Below, one piece after another: positions 8,222-17,462 of a stretch of DNA of 64,000 nt. The translations under genes were made by a program, and so were the position numbers. The DNA lies in NCBI GenBank assembly GCA_035995185.1, contig DASYKT010000009.1, positions 28,174 to 92,173 on the forward strand. The letters are read 5' to 3'. This stretch comes from Pyrinomonadaceae bacterium (GTDB lineage Bacteria; Acidobacteriota; Blastocatellia; Pyrinomonadales; Pyrinomonadaceae). The notes under the pieces were generated by a model, which did not search any database, was not told the DNA's origin, and saw nothing but the letters and a program-made list of their open reading frames with translations. Each line of letters opens with the position of its first letter. The stretch's first letter is position 1.

Positions 8222-8954
8222 AATTGAGATATTCCCGAACGCGGAGGTCCTGGCTGAAAAAACGGCCGGGCACGTCGCACAAACGATCGTGCGATCTTTG
8301 CAAAAACAGGAGCGCTTTTCTTTGGTGCTCGCCGGCGGTTCTACCCCCAAAAGGTTATATCAGATCCTGGCCGCCGAATACCGCGATAAGATCTCGTGGG
8401 ACAAACTGCTCATCTTTTTTGGCGACGAAAGATGCGTCGCACCTGACGATGCAGAGAGCAATTACAAGATGGCATATGACTCGATGCTTTCCCAAGTGCC
8501 TGTGGCGCGCAGAAATATTTTTCGCTTAAAAGGTGAGATAGAGCCGCAGAAAGCTGCCGCGGAGTATGAGGCAACGATCAAAAGCGTGCCGGGCGAGCGG
8601 CCGATTTTCGACCTGGTCTTACTGGGCCTCGGCGCTGACGGCCATACGGCTTCTCTTTTTCCAGGCTCGCCTGTCTTGCAGGAAACATCCGATCTCGTAG
8701 CGGTTGTCCGGGTGGAAAAACTTACTTTAAGCCGCCTGACATTGACCCTGCCGGCCTTCAACTCCTATGCGAAAGACATCATTTTTCTGGTGGCGGGAAA
8801 AGGCAAGGCCGAGGCCGTGCAGAGAATATTCGGTGACGAGAAGCCGCCGCTGCCCGCTCAGATGATCAAGCCCGATAAAGGAAAAGTTACGTATTTTTTG
8901 GATGAAGAAGCTGCCTCACTTTTAGACAATGAGACGCTTGAGAAATTCGCGTAA
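8208..8954 (+). CDS. pgl: 6-phosphogluconolactonase
   Basis: The motifs LVLAGGSTPKRLYQIL, FFGDERCVAPDDAESNY and LLGLGADGHTASLFPG are classic Pgl/DevB motifs. Confidence 0.85.
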   Translation: MPARRIEIFPNAEVLAEKTAGHVAQTIVRSLQKQERFSLVLAGGSTPKRLYQILAAEYRDKISWDKLLIFFGDERCVAPDDAESNYKMAYDSMLSQVPVARRNIFRLKGEIEPQKAAAEYEATIKSVPGERPIFDLVLLGLGADGHTASLFPGSPVLQETSDLVAVVRVEKLTLSRLTLTLPAFNSYAKDIIFLVAGKGKAEAVQRIFGDEKPPLPAQMIKPDKGKVTYFLDEEAASLLDNETLEKFA

Positions 8955-8971
8955 AAAGTTTGGTGCCCTCG

Positions 8972-9003
<32 letters not shown>

Positions 9004-9004
9004 C

Positions 9005-9604
9005 TTACCAACTACGTCTTTCAACGCCCGTTTCCGGTTTGTGGTCTGGACTTTCTCTTCTCTTAAAAAACAAGAGTCTGCTGTCAAGTCTCTACACCTT
9101 CCGAACTTTTTCGGCTTGGCTCGGGATTACCATGCATTTAATATGTTTAGGCTTCCCCGAATTTAACAGATTCTACTAAAATGTATATCACAATTTAGCA
9201 ACCCATTTTATTTGAAACCATATGGAAAAAATATGCCTGGTATGTAACTCGGTTTTGATAGGACGGCAAAGAAAATTTTGCTCGTCCAAATGCAAATTAT
9301 CCTTTATAAATAACAAGCATCAAAACTACGTCACACAACAACGCAGAGGTTATGAGCGCAAAGCACTATTAATACAAATGAAAGGCGGTTGCTGCCAAAT
9401 TTGTGGGTATAACAAAAACCAATCGGCTCTTTGTTTCCATCACCTTGTGCCTGCAACCAAAGCCTTTCAAATAGATATCAGAAAGTGCTCGAATAGTTCA
9501 TTGAACAACTTAATAAGAGAAGCCGATAAATGCCAGCTTCTGTGTCTAAATTGTCACGCCGAACTTCATAACCCGGCCTTTTCCACTTAGGCTTCATTTC
9601 CTTG
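9005..9604 (-). mobile_element. group I intron (IC3-like) in the anticodon loop
   Basis: The minus strand contains AAATTCGGGGAAGCCTAAAC, TCCCGAGCCAAGCCGAA and CGGAAGGTGTAGAGACTTGACAGCA...AGAGAAAGTCCAGACC. These nearly match the Azoarcus and Anabaena tRNA intron cores I recall (AAAUUCGGCGAAACCUAAGC, GCCGAGCCAAGC, GAAGGUGUAGAGACUAGACGGCA). The 5' exon ends in U and the intron ends in G. The segment looks AT-rich relative to its flanks. Confidence 0.75.
9222..9590 (+). CDS. HNH endonuclease (candidate homing endonuclease), encoded antisense to the intron
   Basis: 122 aa with an N-terminal CxxC...CxxxC zinc ribbon. It has the HNH core CQICGYNKNQSALCFHHLVP...LLCLNCHAELH. Confidence 0.8.
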   Translation: MEKICLVCNSVLIGRQRKFCSSKCKLSFINNKHQNYVTQQRRGYERKALLIQMKGGCCQICGYNKNQSALCFHHLVPATKAFQIDIRKCSNSSLNNLIREADKCQLLCLNCHAELHNPAFST

Positions 9605-9757
9605 AGTCCGCTGCTCTAACCGTTGAGCTACAAGGGCACACAGGAATTTCTTAGTTTAGTGGAAACTTGAAAGAGCCGCAAATTCGGAAGGAGTTTTCCT
9701 CTAAACACCATCAATAAAGCTGTTAGCTAACAGCTAACAGCTTATAGCTCAGATCTT

Positions 9758-10321
9758 TTAAGATGTTATAACCGGCGCTCCGGACCCGTTTTTCAGGATA
9801 TTTTCTATCTGTGCCAGGTGGCGCGCTTCGTGCTCGGCGATAAAAAGCAGCCACTGGTAAAGGTCCAGTTCGCCCATGACGGGGTGCGGAAATTTGGCTT
9901 CCGACAGGCTGACGGCCTCCATGCGCGGGCGCAAACTCATGATATATTCACGCGACGTTTTGAGGTCCTGCAGCGACTTACCCGTGGGAACACCGCCACG
10001 GGGCCTGATCCTGTCAGGCGCTTCGACCTTGTTCATTTCGGTTTTGCGCACGGCGCTGGGAAATTTCACGGGCGGGTCGATCTTTCCACCGGGGGGCGGC
10101 GGCGTATTTAGTTCTTCGGATTTTCGCAGCAGCCTTTCCACCACCGCCGTGATCGATTTTTCAACCAGCGCCAGGTGCTCTGCCAATTCCTCCGGGCACC
10201 AGCCTTCGCCGTTATTTCGCAAAACGACCTCGGTCTCGTCCAGGCTTTCTATCCGGCTGTTGACCCCGGCGCGGACATTGTCCATGTGAGCGAAAATTTC
10301 TTCGAGCGAATTAAAGAGCAT
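9758..10321 (-). CDS. DinB-family (DinB_2) metal-dependent protein
   Basis: The three-His pattern (H..ALVE ... AEHEARHLAQIE) and the size (187 aa) are typical of the DinB superfamily. Confidence 0.7.
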   Translation of the reverse strand: MLFNSLEEIFAHMDNVRAGVNSRIESLDETEVVLRNNGEGWCPEELAEHLALVEKSITAVVERLLRKSEELNTPPPPGGKIDPPVKFPSAVRKTEMNKVEAPDRIRPRGGVPTGKSLQDLKTSREYIMSLRPRMEAVSLSEAKFPHPVMGELDLYQWLLFIAEHEARHLAQIENILKNGSGAPVITS

Positions 10322-10326
10322 CGTGT

Positions 10327-11661
10327 TTACCTCGCGGCCCCCGTCTGCGTCTGCGCCTGCGCGCTAAAATTTAGTTTGTGCCAGCGCATGTAACTATAAG
10401 AGCTGTACCGGGAATCGAGCATTTCTTTTATATAGCCGGTTTTAAAATAAAGCGTTTTCTCATCCGTCCATCTGAGTTCCACGATCGGATTAAAAGAGAC
10501 CAGGTCGCTTTCGTTCGGCATTACCTGAACCCCCTGCTCGGGCGTCGGTGTCGGAACAGGCAGATTCGACGGGGCATTCGAATTCCCGCTGCTTTTCAAT
10601 TCCTCGCGCAGCAGCTGGTCAAATCTCTGTGAAGAGGTCAGCAGCGGAATGCGCAGCGGGATAGCGGCTATGGTCGGCAATTCTCCGATGCTATCGTAGA
10701 TCTTGATGTCCTTATCAAAGGCGCAAGCCATTTTGGCGGAATCAGGCGACCACACCGGATGCACGACCGTCAGGTTATCATCCAAAAGACGCTCGCGGCC
10801 GATCTTTTCGATCAGGCGCGGCCTGCCAAAAGGCCTGAATTCTTCTGCGCGCGATTTCGCCGCCAATTCGCCGTACTGCCATTCCGCCGGCGTGCAAGCC
10901 AGCGTCGCCAGCATCGTGCTGTCCGGCGACCAGAGCAGGTAGAAATATATCAGCGTGTCTCTCTGCGAAATATATTTCAGATCGGCGCCTTCTTTGTTGC
11001 AGGTGTAGATCTGCTCGTTCGCGAATATTTTGATCGGCGCCGAAGTTTGCACGGGCGGCGCGGGTACATTGGTGTTTGCATTGCCGCTGCTATTCGCCGG
11101 AATGTTTCCATCAATATTCGCCGCCGTATTCGCCGCATTATCGCTCGGCTCCACCTCGGGCGGTGTCGGCGCATCTGCCGTCGCCGGAATTTGGCTTTGC
11201 GCTCTGGTAACACCGATAAACGCCGCCGTGCTTCCGTCCGGCGCCCACGCGATCGCGTCCGGCAAACTGATCGCCATCGAATCGGGGGAAACGTGGCCGA
11301 TCAACTTTCCATCCGCCGCGTACATATCCAGCCGGAACTCAGTTTCTTTATCGCCCGCGCGATGATAGATGACGAGCACTCTCTGCTTGTCCGGCGAGGG
11401 CAAGGTTTTGTCCAGCAGTTCCTGCGGGCGGTTCTGATCGAAATCCGCTTGTACCGCGGCCACTCTCTCATCCGCCGTAGAAGGCTGTTCGGGTTCGAGC
11501 GGCGGCAGCGCATCGGTGTCTACCGAATAACTCAACCGCTGGGCCGGAACATTGTGCAGGCTTCCTGCCTGCCCCTGCGGTATCACGCCTGCGGGCCGGC
11601 ACCCGGCAAACACCCCCAGCATGACGAAAGAGAAAACAAAAAATTTCTTGCTTTTAAACAT
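10327..11661 (-). CDS. lipoprotein with PD40/TolB-like beta-propeller repeats
   Basis: Lipobox VFAG-C. The motifs WAPDGS, WSPDS and VWSPDS recur. Confidence 0.5.
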   Translation of the reverse strand: MFKSKKFFVFSFVMLGVFAGCRPAGVIPQGQAGSLHNVPAQRLSYSVDTDALPPLEPEQPSTADERVAAVQADFDQNRPQELLDKTLPSPDKQRVLVIYHRAGDKETEFRLDMYAADGKLIGHVSPDSMAISLPDAIAWAPDGSTAAFIGVTRAQSQIPATADAPTPPEVEPSDNAANTAANIDGNIPANSSGNANTNVPAPPVQTSAPIKIFANEQIYTCNKEGADLKYISQRDTLIYFYLLWSPDSTMLATLACTPAEWQYGELAAKSRAEEFRPFGRPRLIEKIGRERLLDDNLTVVHPVWSPDSAKMACAFDKDIKIYDSIGELPTIAAIPLRIPLLTSSQRFDQLLREELKSSGNSNAPSNLPVPTPTPEQGVQVMPNESDLVSFNPIVELRWTDEKTLYFKTGYIKEMLDSRYSSYSYMRWHKLNFSAQAQTQTGAAR

Positions 11662-11690
11662 TGCGTTTATCTATTTCAGGTTTTGCCAGA

Positions 11691-11859
11691 TTTGCCTATA
11701 AAGCAGGCAAATCAAGTTTTTGCAGTTTTCGTGTTACTTCGTGTGGTTTCGTGGTTCCAGTCTTAAGTCTTTAGTTCCAAAGTTTAAGACCTGGAACCAC
11801 GAAATCACACTAAAATACACAAACAAAACATAAGACAAATTTCTGACTTTATAGCCAAA
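11691..11859. repeat. family B palindromic element, composite copy (B1)
   Basis: The outer inverted repeat is TTTGCCTATAAAGC ... GACTTTATAGCCAAA. The inner hairpin at 11727-11823 reads TTTCGTGTTACTTCGTGTGGTTTCGTGGTTCCAG ... CTGGAACCACGAAATCACACTAAAATACACAAA. Confidence 0.8.
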
Positions 11860-11867
11860 AAAAGCTT

Positions 11868-13784
11868 TTATTTCAAATTACCTTTGGTCCATCCCTGGTA
11901 AAGCTGGCGCTGCCCGTCGCTGGGCGACTGCACCGGCGAGATACTATAATCCGTCGGCGCCCGGCCGCCCAATGCGATCTCGATCGTCCGCATCTCGTCA
12001 AAACGAAACACGGTCAACCTGATCTTGTCACCGGGTTTTTTACTGCGGACCGTATTATCCAGGATCGTCTGGTTGGCGCGATAACCATCGACCGCCACGA
12101 TCTGGTCGCCGGTATTTAGTCCCTGCTCATAGGCCGGCGCGTCCGAAGGCAGCGAACTCACCACCAATCTTTCACCTTGCTGCGACGTATTAGCGCCGAG
12201 ATAAGCCTGCGGGTTGCCGCCCGGGCCCGTATTGAGCTGCAGGCCAATGCCGTTCAGGACGCTGTTGTAATCTATCTCTTCGCGGCCCCTGACGTATTTG
12301 CGGAAAAAATCGTCAAGGCTCTTACCCGCCATCATCTCGGCGGTTTTCTGAACGTCCTCAGGCGTATAGTTGCGCCCTTTTTTATAGAGTTCGGTATAAA
12401 AATACCGCAGCACATCGTCAAGCGATTTTGCGCCGCCCGATGCCTTGCGGATCTCGACATCCAGCAGCCCCGCGACCAGCGCGCCTTTTTCATAGTATGA
12501 GATCTGGTTGTTTATCGCATTTTCGTCCTGCCGGTAATATTTTATCCACGCGTCCCAACTCGCTTCTTCCACACTCGTCTGAAAACGCCCGGGTTGTTCC
12601 TGCAGGTTTTCGATCCCCGACGCAATGTTGGCGAGAAAATCCCTGTCGGATATCAACCCGGCGCGCAGCAGCAAAACATTCGAATAATAATCCGTTCCGC
12701 CTTCGGCCATCCACAAAAGTTTGGTGTAGTTTTCTTTTGTGTAATCAAAGGGGCCGAGTGCGTCCGGCTTGAGGCGCTTGACATTCCACGCATGGAAAAA
12801 TTCGTGCGCCACCAGCCCCATAAAGCCCATGTAGCGCGATTGCGGTTTAAAGCCGAAGCGGTTGAATTGCAGCGCGGTCGAATTCAAATGTTCGAGCCCG
12901 CCGCCGCCGCGTAGGTTAACGATAAAGGTGTAATCTTTATATGGGATCTCGCCGAATATATCCGCCGCCGCGGCCACTATCTTAGGCACATCGCGCTTTA
13001 GCTGCTCCAGATCGTAATTTCCTTCGCCGTCGATCACCATCCGGTGCGGCACGCCGCGCACTTCGAAATTTATTTCCTTGTAGTTGCTGACCTCGAAAGG
13101 CGAATCGTAAAGAATATCGAAATTTTCCGCGGTGAAAGTATTCGCCTGTCCCGAAACCTGCGGCAAGCCGGTCGCTATTTTCCACTCTCCGTAGGGCACG
13201 ACCTTCACCGTGGAAGACGCCTTCAACTGCCCGTCCGGGTACATCAACGTCGCGGCATTATTCCAGAAAGCATGGCTGTCGTTAAGTTCATTTGTGCGAA
13301 CGGTCAGTTCGTTGGCATAGACGCGATAAGTGGCCACGATCTCAGCCGCGCCTTTAGAGGCGATCTGCCAGGTGTTCTTGTTGGTCTTTTGCCAGGCCAG
13401 CGCGTTTCCGCCCCCATCTTTGGCGGCAAAATCCTGCACGTGGCGGGCATATTCGCGGACGAGATATGAACCCGGCGTCCATACCGGCATGACCAGATCG
13501 GTCTTTTCTCCCGGCGAGGCAGACTTGACCCGCACTTCGACTTCCAGCAGGTGCGTCCACGGCTTTGACATCGAAACCGTGTAAGCAATAACCGGCGCAG
13601 CAGCCATCGGAGCCGTCGCCGTAGTGGCCATCTTCTTCGGCGTTTTCGGGGGCGTTTTCGGGGGCGTTTTCGGCTGGGCCGAGATGCCCGTAGTAATGCC
13701 CGCGAGCAAAAGTGCCGCAATGATAGCCGCAAAAAGACCTGTCAGACGCGTGTCCGGGTTATTCCCTGCTTTAATTACTTTCAT
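11868..13784 (-). CDS. M61 family metallopeptidase (glycyl aminopeptidase-like) with C-terminal PDZ domain
   Basis: HEFFHAWNVKRL zinc motif, 638 aa, PDZ-like GDQIVAVDG near the C-terminus, and a signal peptide. Confidence 0.8.
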   Translation of the reverse strand: MKVIKAGNNPDTRLTGLFAAIIAALLLAGITTGISAQPKTPPKTPPKTPKKMATTATAPMAAAPVIAYTVSMSKPWTHLLEVEVRVKSASPGEKTDLVMPVWTPGSYLVREYARHVQDFAAKDGGGNALAWQKTNKNTWQIASKGAAEIVATYRVYANELTVRTNELNDSHAFWNNAATLMYPDGQLKASSTVKVVPYGEWKIATGLPQVSGQANTFTAENFDILYDSPFEVSNYKEINFEVRGVPHRMVIDGEGNYDLEQLKRDVPKIVAAAADIFGEIPYKDYTFIVNLRGGGGLEHLNSTALQFNRFGFKPQSRYMGFMGLVAHEFFHAWNVKRLKPDALGPFDYTKENYTKLLWMAEGGTDYYSNVLLLRAGLISDRDFLANIASGIENLQEQPGRFQTSVEEASWDAWIKYYRQDENAINNQISYYEKGALVAGLLDVEIRKASGGAKSLDDVLRYFYTELYKKGRNYTPEDVQKTAEMMAGKSLDDFFRKYVRGREEIDYNSVLNGIGLQLNTGPGGNPQAYLGANTSQQGERLVVSSLPSDAPAYEQGLNTGDQIVAVDGYRANQTILDNTVRSKKPGDKIRLTVFRFDEMRTIEIALGGRAPTDYSISPVQSPSDGQRQLYQGWTKGNLK

Positions 13785-13867
13785 ATGTATAAGATAATAT
13801 TTACGATAAGCCTATATTTTACTACGAAATCATGTTTAACCGAAAAAGGTTCCGGAAACTGTGAACT

Positions 13868-15130
13868 ATGAAGCGTTTTCCCGTTCTGCTGATCTTTATC
13901 ACTATCCTTATCGATCTGATCGGTTTTGGCATCGTTATTCCGGTGCTGCCCTATTACGTCGGGACGGAACCTTTTAACGCTACCCCGCTCACTTTCGGCT
14001 GGCTGGTCGCTTCATTTTCCATAATGCAATTTATTTTTTCGCCGATCCTCGGGAAACTTTCGGATAAGTACGGGAGGCGGCCGATTTTGTTTCTCAGCCT
14101 GATCGGCACGGGGATAGGTTTTCTGGTGCTCGGTTTTGCCACCACTATGTGGATGGTGTTTGCCGGCCGTATTTTGGACGGCATCACCGGCGGAAATATT
14201 TCTACCGCGCAAGCTTACATTGCCGACGTCACCACGCCGGAAAATCGCGCCCGGGGAATGGGAATGATCGGCGCGGCTTTTGGGATCGGCTTTGTCCTGG
14301 GTCCCGCGATCGGCGGGATCCTGAGCCCTTTCGGCCTGGCGGTTCCTTTTTACTTTGCCGCCGGGCTGGCTTTCCTCAATGCCACGGCGCTCTATTTTGT
14401 CTTGCCGGAAACCGTCAAAAAGGGAGAGCACAAAGCTGAAGAATCCAGCGGACGTTTTAACACGCTGCTCAAATACCTGCGCGATCCGCGGCTCGGCCTG
14501 CTGATACTGATCTATTTCCTGGTGACCGTGGCGTTTTCGATATTGACCACCGCCTTTATTATTTACACCGCCCATCGTTTCGGTTATACGGCGCGGCAAA
14601 ACGGTTTTGTTTTTGCCTACATTGGCGTGATCGGCATCATGATCCAGGGCGGTTTGATGGGCATCGCCACCAAAAAATTCGGAGAAAATTTGCTGGTGAT
14701 CATCGGCACGGTGCTGATGGCGGTCGCGTTGTTCTTTGTTCCGCTGGTCGGCCCGGAAAGCGGCGGCCTGACCGGACTTCTGATCGGGATAGCGGTTTTT
14801 TCTTTCGGCAGCGCTTTTGCCGGAACGCCGCTGGTGGCGCTGGCGTCAAAGAGTGTTTCCGCCCGTGAACAGGGCGTGGCAATGGGCGTGATGCAGTCCG
14901 CCGCGAGCCTGGCGCGTGCGGTCGGCCCGGCGCTGACGGGATTATTGCTGAGCGCGGCAGTAGCTACAGAAACGGCCCCCGATAATTTCGTTAATTCCGC
15001 GATCGGAAACGTGACCGATTTCACCATCGAGAGAACTTTCTGGACCGCGGCCGCGATCATGGTGCCCACTTTTCTGATGGCGGTGTATTTTGCCCGTCGG
15101 CACAAACAGCCGCCTGTTGCGGCAGCCTGA
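13868..15130 (+). CDS. MFS transporter (DHA1/Tet-like)
   Basis: 12 TM spans. The motif GKLSDKYGRRPILFLSL is MFS motif A. Confidence 0.85.
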   Translation: MKRFPVLLIFITILIDLIGFGIVIPVLPYYVGTEPFNATPLTFGWLVASFSIMQFIFSPILGKLSDKYGRRPILFLSLIGTGIGFLVLGFATTMWMVFAGRILDGITGGNISTAQAYIADVTTPENRARGMGMIGAAFGIGFVLGPAIGGILSPFGLAVPFYFAAGLAFLNATALYFVLPETVKKGEHKAEESSGRFNTLLKYLRDPRLGLLILIYFLVTVAFSILTTAFIIYTAHRFGYTARQNGFVFAYIGVIGIMIQGGLMGIATKKFGENLLVIIGTVLMAVALFFVPLVGPESGGLTGLLIGIAVFSFGSAFAGTPLVALASKSVSAREQGVAMGVMQSAASLARAVGPALTGLLLSAAVATETAPDNFVNSAIGNVTDFTIERTFWTAAAIMVPTFLMAVYFARRHKQPPVAAA

Positions 15131-15252
15131 TACGTAATACGCGATACGTTTTGTGTGTTAGTGCGGTTCGTGGTTTTTTGTTTTATATCTTAAATAATGG
15201 GCGGAATTCGTATTACGTACCGCGTATTGCGTATTACGTATTACGTATCACG
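15129..15252. repeat. family D element, ORF-less copy (D1): inverted TGATACGTAATACGC... arms around a 58-nt core
   Basis: The left arm is TGATACGTAATACGCGATACG (15129-15148). The right arm at 15207-15252 reverse-complements to CGTGATACGTAATACGTAATACGCAATACGCGGTACGTAATACG. The core contains a half arm of family B (TGTGTGTTAGTGCGGTTCGTGGTT, 15148-15175). Confidence 0.75.
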
Positions 15253-15257
15253 TTCTT

Positions 15258-16478
15258 ATGCTTATCTTTCTGATAATTTTCTATCTCTTTGCCCTGTTTT
15301 TGATTTATCAGAGCTATCGTTCATTCGTTGGCGGGCTGGAATATTTAAAATATTTCAAGAAAGAGTTAAGCAAACCGAGATCAAACTTTACCCCCTGCGC
15401 TGCGATCTTTGCGCCCTGCCGCGGCCGCGATGAAAACCTGAAGACAAACCTCGCCGCTTTGTTTTATCAGGATTATCCCGAATACGAGATCATCTTTGTA
15501 ACCGACGACGCGGGCGATCCTTGCGTCTCCGTTATCGAAGAGCTCCGCGCGGAGTTTGAACATCTCGCGAACGTCTCAAGCAAACTGGTCATCGCCGGCC
15601 TTGCCGCTGACGAAGGGCAAAAGGTCCATAACCTGCGCGCGGCCGTTCCGCACGCGTCGGAAAAAAGCGCGGTGTTCGCCTTTGTCGATTCCGATGCGCG
15701 GCCGGGTAAAGATTGGTTAAGAGACCTGGTCGCTCCGCTCGAAGATGAAAAGATCGGCGCCGCCGCCGGTTACCGCTGGTTCATTTCCAAAAAGCGCAAT
15801 TTTTCATCAGAGCTGCAGTCGGTCTGGAACGCTTCGGTCGCCTCGGCGCTGGGCGCGAATATGAAAAGCAATTTTTGCTGGGGCGGCTCCACGGCCATCC
15901 TGCGAAAGACTTTTGAAAATATAGATATGCGCGAGAAATGGCGCGGAACTTTGTCGGACGATTTTGCCGTGACCCGCGCCGTAAAAGGGGCGGGCCTTTT
16001 GGTTTATTTCGTGCCGCAATGCCTGACCGCGTCTATCGAAGACTGTGATTTTCGCGGGCTGCTGGAATTTACCACCCGCCAGATGAAGATCACGCGCGTC
16101 TATGCGCCGCAGTATTGGAAGATGTCTTTTGCCGGCTCGTTTGTTTTTAACACGGTCTTTATCTCAGGGATTTTGTTAATGATCTCCGGCGCGGCTTTTT
16201 GGCAGCGGTTATTAGCGCTGGTCGCTTTAGTGCTTGCCTCGCTGTTTAGTATCGGCAAATCCTGGCTGCGGCTAAATGCCGTAAAACTGGTGCTGAATGG
16301 TTACGAAAAAGATTTAAAGAAACAGTTTTGGACGCAGAATACTTTGTGGATAATTTCCCCGGCGCTTTTCTTTTACAACTGCGCCGCGGCGCTCGTTTCG
16401 CGCAAGATCGTTTGGCGCGGCATCACTTATGAACTAAAATCGCCTCAAGAGACCCTGATACATTCAAATGACAAATAA
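15258..16478 (+). CDS. glycosyltransferase family 2/21 (ceramide glucosyltransferase / HpnI-like)
   Basis: An N-terminal TM span, then IIFVTDDAGDP and FVDSDARP (DxD-type) motifs. The C-terminus has TM spans. Confidence 0.65.
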   Translation: MLIFLIIFYLFALFLIYQSYRSFVGGLEYLKYFKKELSKPRSNFTPCAAIFAPCRGRDENLKTNLAALFYQDYPEYEIIFVTDDAGDPCVSVIEELRAEFEHLANVSSKLVIAGLAADEGQKVHNLRAAVPHASEKSAVFAFVDSDARPGKDWLRDLVAPLEDEKIGAAAGYRWFISKKRNFSSELQSVWNASVASALGANMKSNFCWGGSTAILRKTFENIDMREKWRGTLSDDFAVTRAVKGAGLLVYFVPQCLTASIEDCDFRGLLEFTTRQMKITRVYAPQYWKMSFAGSFVFNTVFISGILLMISGAAFWQRLLALVALVLASLFSIGKSWLRLNAVKLVLNGYEKDLKKQFWTQNTLWIISPALFFYNCAAALVSRKIVWRGITYELKSPQETLIHSNDK

Positions 16479-16550
16479 AGCCGTGCAATTTATAAACCTG
16501 CTGCGCTCAGCCAAACGAGAGCGCAAGCTGGGCAGGAGTCGTGCTCGCAT

Positions 16551-16638
16551 CATTCGGAATAGATAAAAGATGATAGCTAATAACTGAAAGATTCGGGTCT
16601 ATTCTCTATCAACTATCAGTTATCATCTATTCCGAATG
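16551..16638. repeat. family F palindromic element (F1)
   Basis: CATTCGGAATAGATAAAAGATGATAGCTAATAACTGA ... TCAACTATCAGTTATCATCTATTCCGAATG. It is related to the copy at 46083-46170. Confidence 0.65.
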
Positions 16639-16701
16639 ACATTTCCCTTCTCACCAACTTTAGGAAACACTGCAAGCTGGAATTTATCTGACAAGAGGTA
16701 A

Positions 16702-17004
16702 TTGGCAATGATCGAAAAACCTTCGGAGTATTTAGAGGACAAAGAGTCGGAAGAAAGCGATGCGCCGATAGAGGTGTTGCCATATACCCCGGAAAGCGCC
16801 GGCGAAACCGCGCGAAAAAGCGGGCTTGCCTATAGCGCCGGCATAGTGCTTTTCGGTTCGGTCGCAATAATGTTTTTTATCGGCTTGCTGCTGGACAGGT
16901 ATCTCGGCACCTCGCCGGGTTTTCTAGTCGGAGGGATAATTCTCGGTGCGATTCTCGGGTTTTACCAGTTCTTTCGCATCACGTCGCGGATAATTGGAAA
17001 GTGA
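16702..17004 (+). CDS. AtpZ/AtpI-like small membrane protein (ATPase_gene1 family)
   Basis: 100 aa with two TM spans. The motif LLLDRYLGTSPGFLVGGIILGAILG is the characteristic LD..LGT.P.F pattern. Confidence 0.5.
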   Translation: MAMIEKPSEYLEDKESEESDAPIEVLPYTPESAGETARKSGLAYSAGIVLFGSVAIMFFIGLLLDRYLGTSPGFLVGGIILGAILGFYQFFRITSRIIGK

Positions 17005-17460
17005 ACACCCCGGCTCCGGTTCGAACCACCGCCAGATACGCGAACAAACAAGTGTCGTTATTCCGCCAATAAACGGCGAAGGCACGGTCAAAATTATCGC
17101 TACGACCGCCAGATTTCTCACCGCCAGCAGTGAGCTTGAAGAGACGAGAAGAGAAATTCCCGGATCAATAATAAAAAAGTAACCGAAGATGATCGCTAAC
17201 GTCGTCGCGGCGGCAAGCAAAGCGCCTTTTATTACTTTGTCCACGCTGAAGTACCCAAGCACCGCTCCGATAACCGCGCCGTCTAGTCCCCCGATGATCA
17301 CTGACAGCCAGCCCAGGAACGGGGAGGGAATGTTGGCAAACCCTTCGCCATGCTTGAGGTCCAGCAGAAAAATGATGGCTCTGACGATCGCTCCCCAAAC
17401 GACCGCGCCGGTTAAAACGCCAAAAACAGAACCGGTCAATATGCGGTAAAGGTTGAGCAT
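16924..17460 (-). CDS. hypothetical polytopic membrane protein
   Basis: 178-aa ORF with Gly/Ile-rich TM spans. Its 3' end overlaps the convergent gene by 81 nt. Confidence 0.45.
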   Translation of the reverse strand: MLNLYRILTGSVFGVLTGAVVWGAIVRAIIFLLDLKHGEGFANIPSPFLGWLSVIIGGLDGAVIGAVLGYFSVDKVIKGALLAAATTLAIIFGYFFIIDPGISLLVSSSSLLAVRNLAVVAIILTVPSPFIGGITTLVCSRIWRWFEPEPGCSLSNYPRRDAKELVKPENRTENYPSD

Positions 17461-17462
17461 AT

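Noticed and set aside
10759-11766. 335-aa plus-strand ORF, very Arg-rich. Similar long antisense ORFs occur at 50133-50780, 56449-57069, 61773-62402, 30112-30744, 52059-52577, 59967-60500 and 28816-29424.
   Set aside because: Each lies fully inside a longer opposite-strand gene with recognisable family motifs. Their Arg/Gly/Ala-rich or Ser-rich composition is typical of shadow frames in GC-biased coding DNA.
15197-15433. 78-aa ORF starting inside the CGTATTACG repeats (GGIRITYRVLRITYYVSR...).
   Set aside because: It is a translation of repeat D1 that runs out of frame into the glycosyltransferase gene. It is a repeat artefact.
16924-17004. 81-nt convergent overlap between the AtpZ-like gene and the 178-aa membrane protein gene.
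   Set aside because: It may simply reflect a non-conserved hydrophilic tail, or a mis-called 3' end of the less certain minus-strand ORF. There is not enough evidence to claim antisense regulation.
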